64,000 nucleotides of DNA from Camelus dromedarius (GCF_036321535.1 NC_087436.1:109184001-109248000), one strand, 5' to 3'. Shown: positions 12,847-25,679, counted from the stretch's first letter. Translations and numbers: made by a program. Notes: generated from the letters alone by a model not told the origin.

Positions 12847-13149
12847 CACTCAGGAGTAGACAGGAGAGCGCAATGGCAGAAGAGTCAAAACTATTTCATA
12901 CCAAAATAACACAAAAAATACACACTTGAAATATTCATTTTCACAAAGAAAGTTAAGAAAAGTTATGATAGCTACCTTGCAAACTTGTAGAGGAAAAAGG
13001 AAAATGTGTTCAGTGGACTCTGAAAACAAAGCAGCATTCATTAGGAAAAACTACAGAGAAGCAGCTTTCAGATTCTTAAAAAAACAACAAACTATTTGGT
13101 AAACAAAAAACTTTGAGATGAAGTGAGCTATATTAAATCATTTGTTCTA

Positions 13150-13325
13150 CACAGTGCTTTTGGGTTTAGAAAGTGTTTTTTTATTATCTGTTATTCTATT
13201 TAATTACCACCCCAACCCTGTTTTTAGGTAGGGGGACAAACATTTTTATCCTCATTTTATCAATAAGAAATGAAGACTAGGAGCCTTAGATTATTGGCAT
13301 GATTTGGCCAAAGTTAGTCAGGTAG
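13150..13325 (-). mobile_element. MIR fragment
   Basis: atcctcattttatcaataagaaatgaagact...gatttggccaaagt. Confidence 0.6.
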
Positions 13326-13759
13326 GTCCTTGCATACAACACTTTAAATAATTGTTACTACCCAGTGATGTCTTACCTAATAGATTCTCTATTCCTGGGG
13401 TCACCCACCAGCATACAAAACGTGTTCAGAAAATATGATTTGAAAAAAGAAATTAATTGATTGCTCAATGAATAAATCAATCCAAAGTTTAATTCTGGCT
13501 TCTAAAGTTTTAACAAAGAGTGTAGTATAATTGACTAATAGTATGGAAAACAAACAGTGATATATAGAGACGGTTTATAAACAAAGGATAACTAGGGGTG
13601 GTCTGGCCAGATACATGACCTTAAAATCTGCCTTATAGGATGTGTTGAATACAGAGAAGAGTAGAAAGGAAAATCTCATTTGAAAGTAGTCTGATGAGGA
13701 GCACCATTAATGGGCTCTAAACCGGTCTTTTTCTGGCCCTGCCTCTTTCCTGGATATAA

Positions 13760-15610
13760 GAAACGTAAAAGGAATAGGGAAGACACAAACAAATGGGAGG
13801 ATAACTTGCGTTTGTTTATCATATTTAATTCTGTTAAAATGTTCATACCCAAAGCAATCTATAGGTTCGATGCAATCCTTATCAAAATCTCAATGGCATT
13901 TTTTACAGAAATAAAAAAATAATTCAATAATTCATAGGAACCACAAAAGGCCATGAACAGCCAAATAATCTTGGGAAAGAAAAACAAAGCAGGAGACATC
14001 ACTACTCCTGATTTCAAAATACATCACAAAACTATAGTAATCAAAACAATATTGTACTGATTTAAAAAAAAAGACATACAGACCAATAGAACACACAGAG
14101 CCCCAAAATGAGACCCTATGTGTATGGTCAATTGTGCACACACAACCAAGAAAGGATAGTCTCTTCAATAAATGGTGTTGGGAGAACTGGATATCCACAT
14201 GTAAAAGAATAAAATTAGGGGGGCAGTGTATAGCTCTGTGGTAGAGCACGTGCCTAGCATGCACACAGTCCCTGGTTCCATCCCTAGGACTACCATTAAA
14301 AAAAATAAAATCTAATTATCTCCTCCGTCTAAATAAAAATTAAATGAAAAAAAATAAAAGAACAAAATTGAACTCCTATCTTATACCATATATAAAATCA
14401 ACTCAAAATGTATTTTTAACATAAGCCATGAAAACATAAAACTCCTAGAAAGAAACACAGGAGAAAGGCTTCATGATGTTGGTCTTGGTGATAATTTCAT
14501 GAATGTGACACCAAAAACACAGACAACAATAACCACCACCACCACAACAAAGGTGGGACTATATCAAACTAAAAATCTTCTATGCAGCAAAGGAAATAAT
14601 CAACAGAATGAAGAGGCAACGTATGCAATGGGAGAAAACATTTGCAAGCCATATATTTGACAAGAGGTTAATTTCCAAAATGCGTAAGGAACTCCTACAG
14701 ATCAATAGCAAAAACACTAAAAACCTGACTAAAATAATTAGTAACCCAATAGGCTAAGGAATTAAACATACATTTCTCAAAAAAAAAAAAAAAGCACATA
14801 CAAATGGCCAACAGGTATACGAAAAAATTGATCATCATCACTAATCAGTAGGTAAATGCAAATCAAAACCACAATGACCTATTTACACTGCTGGATGGCT
14901 GCTATTAAAAAACAAAAGCAAGTTTTGGTGAGGATGTGGAGAAATTGGCACTCCTGCACATTGTTGCTGAGAATGCAAAATGGTGCAGTTGGGATGAAGC
15001 AGTGGGGATGCTCCTCAGATAAATCACAAACAGAACTACCTTATGATCCAGCAATCTCACTCTGGGTATTTATTCAGAAGAACTGAAACCAGGATCTCAA
15101 AGGGGTATCAGCCTCCCCCAAGTTCACTTCAGCATTATTCACAATGGCCAAGGTGGAAAAACAACCTGATTTCAATTGACAGATAAATGGATAAAGAAAA
15201 TGTAGCATCTTTACTCACAAAGTGGAGTATTATTAAGCCTTTAAAAAGAAGGGAATCCCCACATTTGTAACAACGTGGATGAACCCTGAAGACATTATAC
15301 CAAGTGAAATAAGTCAGTCACAGAAACACAAATGCTGCATGATTGCACTTACATGAGGTATCTAAAGTAGCCAAATTTGTAGGATCCAAGCATAGAATGG
15401 TGTTTGCCAAGGACTAGGAGGAGGAGAAATGGGGAGTTGCTAAACTAGAAGCAAAAGCTTCAGTTGAGCAAGATGAATAAATTCTAGAGTTCTGCTGACA
15501 ACACTGCACCTAGTATCAACAATACAGTATTGGGTCATTAAAAATTTGTTAAGAGAGTAGATCTCATGTTGTATTCTTAGCACAATAAAATTAAAAAATA
15601 AGAAAGATAA
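13760..15610 (+). mobile_element. L1MA/MB-type LINE: ORF2 C-terminus and 3'UTR, interrupted by a SINE
   Basis: ORF2-like peptide in the ORF track (KAIYRFDAILIKISMAFFTEIKK; ELPYDPAI); 3'UTR ending agagtagatctcatgttg...aataaaa. Confidence 0.92.
14218..14355 (+). mobile_element. Camelid tRNA-Ala-derived SINE (Vic-1-like)
   Basis: Head gggcagtgtatagctctgtggtagagcacgtgcctagcatgcac...ggttccatccc with A/B-box remnants and an A-rich tail. TSD aaaagaataaaatta (14203-14217) / aaaagaacaaaattg (14356-14370). Confidence 0.88.
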
Positions 15611-18196
15611 AAGATGGGGATTCAGGAGAAAAACTTCCTTCCCTCCTTTGTGCTTCTTTTGTGTTAACCTCTCTGGAATCATAACATCGAGACCCAAGAC
15701 TGTTATGAGGATGGTATAATATGCATGTGTAAAGAATCACATGTAACACACTTTGCCCATTTTTATAACCAGGTGAGGAGTCCACACTCAGCACAGCATA
15801 TTCAGACAGCAGAGTGAGCAATCTCTCAAGAATGGGGGGCAATATCTGAGTATTAATGTCTTCTTCATTCATTAATTTATTTTTAATTAAATTAGCTAAT
15901 AATTTGCAAGTTCTGGGAACAATATCTTGCACATAATTAGGCCTACATGGTATTTGTTAAATATATACATAAAATTTTTTATGTATATATTTATTAAATA
16001 GCTGTTCTATTCAAAGTTAGGGATCTAAAGATAGAACAAAATCATGATCAGTTTTTGTTTTTATTACTATATGTTCCAGGCCAAATTATTTAAAAGGTGT
16101 GCATATGGATGTAAGAATAATAAAATGTAGCTTAGGAGTACTTTTAAATGCTTACTGCAGGTAGTTTATTGTTCTGATTCATTTTGCAAAAATATTATTT
16201 TACTTATAGTAGTTAATTATAGCATGATGTTTAAATTAAAAAATCAAAACAATTCTTGTCTAGGCTAGTTCAAATATCCTAGCATCATATAATAAACTGC
16301 TTTAAAAAGCGTGGGGTTTTGTTGTCAGCCTTCTTCTTAAAAGTTTTTGTAACTGGATTTTATTGAAGGTACAAGATCATGTTTTAACTTATTATGAGAT
16401 TCATATTTGTTAACAGTTAAAAGTTTTGGTTTGTATCAGAGCAATTAACTGGTTAAAATTCTAAAAATGGAATGCTCTATGCCAAGAGCTAGCATACAGC
16501 TATTTAAAAAGGGAACATGGCATTTTTATTTGCAGTCTGACCAATGAGGCTATGATTATTACAACTGGCCAAGCAAGAGAATAAAATAACGGCTCATGCC
16601 CATAATGCTGCTGCAATGCTCTGCCTAATAAGTAAACTGGATCACATAGCTCCTGAAGAAAGTCCCTCAAAGGCCCCTAATCCCTACAAAATAAAACCTA
16701 AAAATTTTTGGTCCAGGCCCTTAGTCAGGTCCCTACCTACGCACCCTTACCCTCAGGAACACTGCCCACTACAGGCACCTGTCAAAACGGTCATCTGAAG
16801 GATGCTGTGTTCTCCCCATCCTTCCAATTTCTGTGTGTGTATGTGAGTCCTTGTGCTGGGATGGGCCAACAAATTTCTGTTTATACTTCAAGTCTCAGCT
16901 CAAGAATTACATTCTAATTATTCCAATACATTCATACATTCTAATACCCACTCACAAATGTGTAATGTTTACAGGATATAGAGAAATTGAAATTACGTAA
17001 TGTGAATGACAGCATGGTTATAAATTTAAGGTAAATAGAGTAAAAAATCTTCAGGACAGGTGGTTATGCAAATAAAAAACAACAGTTTTTACCAGAGAGT
17101 CTCTGAGCCATTATGGTTTACTATTCAAATATCCAGCCACCACCAACAGTAACAAAGTCTTAAGATCATTATTTCCTGACTGGCTGTGAACTATTAAGAT
17201 ATATAAAGAAAAAGAAATTATTTTGTCCAAGATTACTGCCATCAGTTACTACAGTTTAGACCTCAGTGGCTTATTTACACAACGCCCTATTGACAAATGA
17301 TAGAATTGCATAATGAGTATACAAATGCTTTTTCAAGAATAGATCTGTTTTTTTTTTTTTTTAATAAAAATGCCTTCTGGCTGAATTACTGAAATGCAGT
17401 GTGCTGACAGTCAGCAGGGACAGGAACACACACGGGCTTTGTTGGCTTCTAATGGATTCAATTTCTAGGAGCATGAAAAAGATGGGAACTAAAGTCCTTT
17501 AGGGGGATTTGGAGCTCTCTCTCCATGTGGTCGTCCAGTTTGAAGAATAGCAGGATATGTGCATAGTAGTTTTCTATTTATAAGGGAACATAGTTCTTTA
17601 AAAAATTCCCATTTGAATAGACAAGATTAGTAGGTTGCTTAGAGAGGTGTAATGCTATAGAACATACCCACGGCGGAAAACCCTGTTATTTTGTAATAGT
17701 AACCCAAAAAGACTCTAAACAGGGATTTTACAGAATGTCAAATATCTTGAGGGAAATTTGTAAAGAAGGCTGTGCTATTTCTAAGGGGAGATGAACAGAC
17801 TTTTTTTAAAATAATAAAATGCAATCTTGAAATGGGGTTTATCCTGTAAACACTGTCAAAGCTTTATATTTCTCAGTAGTTACGTATTTTTTAATTAATT
17901 TTTTTTTGGTTCTTTGAAAACCCTTTATACCTGCCAGACTTTAAAGCAAGGTCTCCGTTAATACACCATTTGAAGTAGTCAAATACTGGCAGTTCTTACA
18001 TCTCCTATCCAATCACCAAGAATTATTTTACTGTGCAGTTGAGGCTGATGCTAATGCAACTGAGAAAAAGTCATTGTAATTGTAATAAAGTAATACCACC
18101 ACGACTGACCATGTTTTATCAAGTCACACTGTGCTGAGGCAATCTGCATACAGATGCAAACACAACTGGATGTGTCCCAGTCAGGAGTGCTGCCCT

Positions 18197-18876
18197 CTGG
18201 GAATGTAGTTTGGGGCAGCCGTTATGGAAAACAGTATGAAGATTCCTCAAAAGACTAAAAACAGACTTACTATATAATCCATCAATCCCACTCCAGGGCA
18301 TATATCCAGAGGGAACCTTAATCCAAAAAAGACACATGCACCCCCCCAATGTTCATAGCAGCACTGTTTACAATAGCCAAGACATGGAAACAACATAAAT
18401 GTCCATCGACAGATGACTGGATAAAGAAATTGTTGTGTATTTATACAATGGAATACTACTCAGCCATAAAACGGAATAAAATAATGCCATTTGCAGCAAC
18501 ATGGATGGACCTGGAGAATATCATTCTAAGTGAAGTAAGCCAGAAAGAGAAAGAAAAATACAATGAACTTATTTACAAAACAGAAAAAGACTCACAGACA
18601 TAGAAAACAAACTTATGGTTACCAGTGGGGCAAAGGGGTGGGAAGCTGGGAGTCCGAGATTTGCAGATACACACTACTATATATAAAATAGATAAACAAC
18701 AGATTCATACTGTATAGCACATGGAACTATATTCAATATCTTATAGTAACTTATGGTTAAAAAGAATATGAAAACAAATACATGTATGTTCATGTGTGAC
18801 TGAAGCATTCTGCTGTACCTCAGAAATCGACACAACATTGTAAACTGACTGCACTTCAATAAAAAATATATATATA
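18197..18876 (+). mobile_element. 5'-truncated camelid-type L1 with TSD
   Basis: ORF2 C-terminus (MFIAALFTIAKTWKQHKCPSTDDWIKK...) and 3'UTR. TSD caggagtgctgccct (18182-18196) / caagagtgtcgccct (18877-18891). Confidence 0.93.
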
Positions 18877-19597
18877 CAAGAGTGTCGCCCTTGGCCCTTG
18901 TGGTCACCAATACAGCAAATGTTAATGCACGTGGCTTGTAAACCGAAACCACTAATACTGGTTCAGCCTGACAAGCCATGAACTGTTAGTAACGAGCACC
19001 ACCTTTCAAAGTGTAAGAAATGAGAATGGCTTCATCCTCTTCTGTAGAAAGCTCGTGTAGAGCGGAAAGTCGGAAAGGAAGAGCAGCATGATGAAAGCAT
19101 GCGAGTCCGAACTGTAGTGACTAGAAACCTCTTAACTCACTTGGCTTAACTCTTAACTCACAGTGTGCCTAGCGACACTGGCACACGCGCCAGCTATACG
19201 AGGTAGCGTCAGCAGCGCCCAAGCAAGCCAGGGTGGCTTCTCTAAATCAACCAAGAGGTAAACAGGTAGTGAAAAATCAAATAGTCAAGATTTTAAAGAT
19301 TTTTGAGATTCAAGAGCAAAAAGTAATCCTATGGGAAAACACTTGCTAACTACAAGTAATGATGCCAACACTCGGCTTGCCAGAAGATATAACCATAGCC
19401 AACCATCTGGCTAATGCTTCCTGCTGACCCTAGAACTCACCCCAAGGGTCAGGATACCTTGAGGACCAGAAGCAAAGAAATCTGATCAGGCTTCTGTTTC
19501 CCCTGCAGACTCTAAAAAAATGGGAGAAATCAGAAGAAATCCTAATAGTATAAGCAAGAAAGCATTTATACGTGCTTCTTAATTATTAGATACTAAC

Positions 19598-19767
19598 ATC
19601 GCTCGTGCTGACAACTGGCATACTATCAATTTCACCTGAAGAACACGGGCTTATAGTCTCCACTGGACTGCCTGCTGGTATTCCTTGTAATCTTGCAGTC
19701 CTGTCTCTGAAATTCAGTACCCTGTTTCTTCCTTTAGGGGTCAGCACACTAGCGCTGCCAATGATAC
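19598..19767 (-). pseudogene. Candidate exon C (170 nt): (G)IIGSASVLTPKGRNRVLNFRDRTARLQGIPAGSPVETISPCSSGEIDSMPVVSTSD
   Basis: Acceptor aaacag| (weak tract), donor GAT|gttagt; the only open frame; phase 1->0 matches exon B upstream. Confidence 0.5.
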
Positions 19768-21377
19768 CTGTTTTGAACATTTTTTTTTAAATAAGAATTA
19801 AGTTGTCTTCAAAACAAATAAAGGAAAGAAAAGGACTACAAAGATGCCAAGAAGTCTTTACTGAGTCTACCTTTTACAATAACCACATTCAGAAACCGCT
19901 CCTGACATCATGAGTCCGTTTAGGAATTCTCAGAACCCACCATTCAGAAAGATAACCAACACACCGGTCATTCACCCAAACATTCTATCATCAGTGCTAC
20001 ACAGTTGGATAAACCAAATATCATGCTGAAACATATTTTTAACCATGTACTTTAAAGTATTCAGATTTTCAACAATATAGTTTCAACAAATGAATTGTTT
20101 CGTAAAAATTCCAACTTCAGTCTAATGCATCGGCCATAAAAGCAATTTATCTGCTGAACAATGCAGTCAGCTTCTCTAAAGAATGTACTTTCTATGCCAA
20201 ATAAGATTTTTTCCACAGTTAAATAAACATTTGGTGCAATGAAATTACTAGCAGTTCTCTCGGTGGCCTCTGATCATGTGCATTTCCCTGCCTGTTACAT
20301 CTCCATCTCACGCACTTTGCCTATTGTTCAGAAGAGTCATTTCACGCAACAGGAATACTGTGATGCTTCTGAGACGGGTTATGTGTATTGTGGCTGAGGC
20401 ACTTTAGAAAACTACCAACAAGAGAAGCCTGGGGAACTACATGCATGGTTTTACAACAAGTTCTGTGGTTTAATTTATATAGAAAAAAAATCACACCAAC
20501 AACTCGAAGTAATAGTTTTTGCAAAAAGGCTTTTTGGCTTTTCGAACAAAACAGATACTTGTGATAAAAGCAACTCGTCTGGATAGTCCCTGAGGCGCAG
20601 CGTATTTTCCATCCTTAAATGGATTATTTATGGGTACTATACAATTACAATTCTGGAAACAAAATTATGGAAGACTATGTATTCTAGGGAGTGTGGGGGT
20701 TTTGCTTCAATTCGCTTGAAAATTAGCTTGAAAGCAATCAGGTACTGTTGTAAGAATTTCGTAGCATGTCCTTAGGTAATGAGTTTCAGTAATTTTCGAT
20801 GAAAACAAAAAAACCCCACTGCTTTTAGGTATTTTAGGAATAGTGTAATTAACTTAGTATATTCTGAAAACATAGATCTTTTTCAAAATGTTCAACAATC
20901 ATGAGTTTGAAAATAATGAGCTGATATTTTCAAAGCTGTTTTAATTATGTTTTATTTTAATAAATTTGATTTTAAAATGTCAATTAAAGAGGCACCTCTT
21001 CTAGATGGAAAATAGGACAAAAACCTAAACTAGTTAATTCTTTAACACAGAAGTAGGCTTGCAGTGCTACAGTAACTTCGTGATGTATTTTTCAAAAGAC
21101 TTTTCAACTCAACCTGCTAGGTGGTTTGAGGAACTCAATCCACGCCCTGGAACCGCTCTGTCAGAAGATATCAAAACCTATACAACTCACGTCCTAATGC
21201 TATCTCTATATCATTCTTCCTATAATCCACGGCAAAGCATAAACCTGTAAAATGCTGTGATAGTATTTGCCACAGCCCTGTTAGTATTTTGTGTTTAAAG
21301 ATGCTTATTTGTGAAGGTAAGATGAATAGGACCAATTACTCAACACACTGCATCTTTCCTCTTCAAATATTACTTAC

Positions 21378-21483
21378 CTAGAAAATTCTGCATTTCCATT
21401 GGACAACTTGACTTTGTATTTAATTAGAATAGTGAGATTAAATTTTAGAATAATGATTTCTGATCAAGCAAGATATGTCTGGT
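21378..21483 (-). pseudogene. Candidate exon B (106 nt): TRHILLDQKSLF*NLISLF*LNTKSSCPMEMQNFL
   Basis: Acceptor cacttttatag|, consensus donor TAG|gtaagt; phase 0->1; two in-frame TAA. Confidence 0.5.
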
Positions 21484-22064
21484 CTATAAAAGTGATCTTA
21501 GTTTCTGGCAGGGAGATATATTGGGGTTATATGCTCACATTTTTTCCTGATGTAGAGTACAATCGAGGAAGTTTGGCAACCCCTAGAGAGTTCAGAATTC
21601 TAACTTCTGACAGAGCAAAACCTCATTTATCTGATTGTACAAAGCTAGCTGGTGCTCTTATATGCAAAGAATAGAACTCTGGGTACTCTAAGCAGGGAGG
21701 AAATTTAGCGGAAGACTGGAGAACCAAGCTTATAAACCGGTAAGATGAAAGATATTCATGTTTTGTCAAAAAAATAAAATCAGACATCCATAAGTGTCTG
21801 TGCAGGAAGTCTCCACAGCTGAACAATGAGAAGTGAACAAGGCTGCAGGCACCACTGGCTTGGCTGCCACGGGTCTCTGCCAGCTGGAATCCCAATGGAA
21901 TAAACCCTTACGTGTCCCTCCTCCTTAACATCTGTTCTGGATTTGAAAAATAGATAGAGACGCCTGATTGGATGCAAATAAGGCTTGTGCTCACCTCTGG
22001 TTGCTTGAGCTTCAACCCAGTGACTGTCTGGACCTCTCCACCTCTGTTCTGGATAGTGTAGTAA

Positions 22065-24395
22065 CTCGGATGAGCTAGATTATGCTATAACAACAAAACA
22101 AAACCTTCTAAAAATTTCAGTGGCTTAAAAAAAATTATTTCTCCCTCTCTTTACATGCCTCACTGTTCATCAGCTGAGGACTCTGCTACTTGCTGTGTTC
22201 ACCTAAATGAAGACAGTCACTGGGTCTGGTCGCTGCGTCAGAGCAAAGGAGTCACAGAATAATGATCAAGTGGAGTCCAGGGATTCTTGGGGATCTGCAA
22301 GTTCAAAACTATTTTCGTAATAATATTAAGATGTTACTGCCTATTTTTTATTTCCTTTTGATGATCACCTTTAATAATAATGATAACTACAATAATATAT
22401 TGATGATGATACCCCATAATAATAATTAAAATATATTAATGATGGTAATAACACCTCTTAACGGCAATTTACAGTCATAAATTATACTCATAGAAATGAT
22501 CTCATTTGATTATTATATTCTTGAAAGGTAAGTATTAATAACTACCCACCAGGCATACACACATAAATTTAAAGATGAGGAGGCCAAGAACAGATATTTT
22601 AAGTTCAAGCTATAATGAACTAACTACATTTTTAAAACTTTCATTTTGTTCACATCCCTGCAATATTTTTAATGCTGCTCCTCCCAAGTGAGAGTTCACA
22701 TCTCTCTTTTCAGCCTGTTTTGTTTTTTTTCTTTTTCCTGTCAATATCCTAAATGTATTTCAGATTTTAGCTCAAAAGTCATTGTCTTTCATTGGGCTAT
22801 TTTTGTTTTCTTATTTTTGAGTTTTGTGAATTCTTTATACATTCTGGATACAAGTTCAGGATCAGGTATAAGAGTTGCAAATATCTTCTAGCCTGTGGCT
22901 TGTCTTTTCATTTTCTAACAGTGTCCTTCAAAGATGAGTAGTTTTACATTTTAATAAACTCCAGTGTTTCAATTTGGTCCTTCAGGGTTGTGCTTCTGGT
23001 GTCATATCTAAGAAATCTTTGCATTCAGTCTTTTGGTAGGAAGTAGGACATTCTACATGGATTTTTCACAGATCCACTTATGAGCTTGAGGAAATTCTCT
23101 TTCCTAGTTTCTTGAAGATTTTTATCAGGAAAGGATGTTAGATTTTGTCAAGTGTCTTTTCTATGAGTATAAGATGAACATACAGTCTTTCTTTTTTAGT
23201 TTGTTACTATCATGAATTACATTCATTAATTTTTTTGTTGGGGTGGTGACTTAAAACCACACAAACCTTTTTTGGGGGGAGGGGAGGAAGGTAATTCGGT
23301 TTATTTATTTAATTTCTTTTTAAAAGGAGGTACTGAGCCAGGACCTCATGCATGCTAAGCATGTGCTCTACCACTTGAGCTATACCCTCCCTCCAAAACA
23401 ACACCAACTTTAAACCTAAAGTGCAGTGAACTTCAAGTCTCTCAGGGTCAGATCCAAGGTGTCAGCAGAGCCAAATTCCATCCTATTGGTGCCAGGGGAG
23501 AAGGCACTTCGAGGCTGACTCAGCATGCTGGCAGAACTCAGTCAGCTGCAGTCCTAGGACCAAGGTCTTCGTGTCCCCACTGCGCGGCCGTGGGCTGCCC
23601 TCGGTTCCTGGGGCTTCTCCCTGGACCGTGCACGTGGGTCCCACATCTCGACCAGCAAGGGCACACGGGCTCCTTCTCATGCCGCCATGTCTCCTCTGCC
23701 TCCTCATCTTCTGCTGCACCTCATCTTTTCCATTTGCACTCTCATTTCTTTACTAACTAAAGTACGGTGGAGTTTTCCAGAGGCTGCAAGACACCGTGAT
23801 ATTCCAACAGATTGAGTACAGAAGCTGATAAGAGCATCTAGCTGCCTTCTGCTGAGACCAAAAATAGAATTTGCAGTCATGTAGAACAGCGTGATTCTTT
23901 TCACTATTTTTAGTGTGAATATACACTATTGTACTATTAATAGAATACTATGTATATTACATATGCTAAATATACATAATATATACTATGACAATAGTAA
24001 TGGGTTTGTTTTGCTATTTTAAATGATTTAATAAACATTTAAAAAATTCCAAGTTCTAATACAGTAAATGCAGATACAATGTATAGGTATAAATATATAG
24101 ATACTGTAGAGCTATAGATAACCAACATACACCAAATCTTTTTACAATACTCAGAAATTTCCAAGACTTAGTAAAGGGGTCTTGAGACAAAAAAAAAAAA
24201 AAAAAATTAAATTTTAAGAATGGCTCTCGCGAGTCTCACACCAGCAATGAGGTGATCTGGCTCAGAAGACCCCATCACTGCTGCTCACATCTGACGGGTC
24301 AGAAGTAGTAATGGAATCAACCTAGCAGAAAGCAGCCAGAAAATTCTATCCTGTAAGACAGAGAGCTGGAAATAGGAAGAGTAGTGATGACTCAG
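22065..24395. mobile_element. Nested TE cluster: MLT1J/K-like LTR split by a Charlie1-family hAT element, itself split by MIR, L1 and MLT1 fragments
   Basis: MLT1 halves at ~22065-22265 and ~24225-24395. Charlie1 halves at ~22270-22355 (caaaactattttcgtaataatattaagatg) and ~23735-24225 (ggagttttccagaggct...aaaggggtcttgagac). L1 ORF2 antisense at ~22640-23240; MLT1C/D-like at ~23241-23715. Confidence 0.75.
23270..23394 (-). mobile_element. Camelid tRNA-Ala-derived SINE (Vic-1-like) with a B-box deletion
   Basis: Reverse complement reads ggagggagggtatagctcaagtggtagagcacatgcttagcatgcatgaggtcctggctcagtacctcc. Degenerate TSD aaaaccacacaaacctt (23253) / aaaacaacaccaacttt (23395). Confidence 0.88.
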
Positions 24396-24858
24396 GAAAG
24401 GCACACCCTGCCTCCACCACGACCCACTTCTTCCCCCAAAGGAAAATTACACAAGAGGCCAGGAAGCTCAAACTATAGCAAAGGCTGAACACAACAGTCC
24501 TCTGTGGGTTCATCTGCTGTGCTTCGTATTCAAACCACGCTACCTGTCAGTACCTCCAACTGAAACAAAGTACTTAAAACTGTCTGCATACAAGAGAGGT
24601 CACGAGGTATCACTCACACAGCCTGAGAGCTCTGTTATTTTGGTCTTTGTTGAGGTGATAAATCCCAGACGATCCTCTTAAACATTTATATTTTCACATT
24701 TCCAGATTATGTGTGGTGTCAGTCTATCCCAATATCCGTTAAGGAGAGATCTGACTGTATGATACATATAAACAGCCCTCAATAAATAAGTGCCTGAGAA
24801 CCCAAGAACAGGTTTTAGATATTATATTTAAAAATGGAAAAAGATTTGCACACCTTAC

Positions 24859-25005
24859 TTCTAGTTTCTTCTGTTGCAGGCCTATCACATCATTATCCAT
24901 ATTTTCAATAAGTTTAATCCAATTTGTAAAACTTCAAATGTTGCTTAATGAAGAAATATTTTCTGAGTTATTCATGTTTGGGATATTTTGTAAAGATATG
25001 TGTGG
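24859..25005 (-). pseudogene. Candidate exon A (147 nt): PHISLQNIPNMNNSENISSLSNI*SFTNWIKLIENMDNDVIGLQQKKLE
   Basis: Acceptor gttgtttgtgttaag|, donor GAA|gtaagg; phase 0->0; one TGA at 24936-24934. Confidence 0.5.
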
Positions 25006-25679
25006 CTTAACACAAACAACTCTTTATCAAAGAAACAGGTTTAGCATAAGTAATATTTATGTCTCAGGTGAAAACAGACATTATATTATTGAGGTTAACA
25101 CACAGTACAGCTTGTGAAAAATTATTAATTCCTACTGTTGTCAGCTTTCTTCCCATTTTGGTGGCTAGTTTCAATCAGCTCTGTGTGGAAAAACCAGAAA
25201 ATGCAGCTTAAGAGAATTATATTCAAAAAGGATAAACAAGCTTTGAGTAAATCTCAAATTATTCTCCTATGAGCCAAATACGTGAGCTTTTATGCATTTA
25301 AACTTGCATCAGACATATTGCAGCATTTACTTGGTGGGAGGGTCAAAGTGTTCTTTTTTATTTTCACTTCCTGGACTTTGTCCATATTATAAAGAGCTGA
25401 AATTAAGTGAAGAGTAGTTTTTAGAGAAATTAGATTTTACTAAATTTGAGAAGATACATTATCCAGTTGCAACCAAACAATAATCACAAAAGGACACACA
25501 GATAGATAGTAACAGGTAGAACTTGCAGAAGGATGATAGAAACTATTTGGTTTTATTTCTGCTAAGATAAAAACTGTGTTCATTCTCTTCCTTTATTCTA
25601 CAAGAAAAAAAAAACATTTATTTCACAAGCATAATGTAATGACAAGAATCACAGAAATTATGAGATCTTGATTTTATTT

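Noticed and set aside
14218..14295. tRNA-like sequence (also at 23325-23394)
   Set aside because: These are SINE heads with A-rich tails and TSDs; the acceptor stem and B box are degenerate, so they are not functional tRNA genes.
17390..17470. Possible extra 75-nt phase 0-0 exon (KLNPLEANKARVCSCPC*LSAHCIS) between exons C and D
   Set aside because: Good acceptor but weak donor (TCA|gtaatt) and an internal stop; not needed for phase continuity.
5016..24936. In-frame TGA codons in exons A and E as possible selenocysteine or readthrough
   Set aside because: Three TAA stops also interrupt the frame and no SECIS element was recognisable; decay is the simpler explanation.
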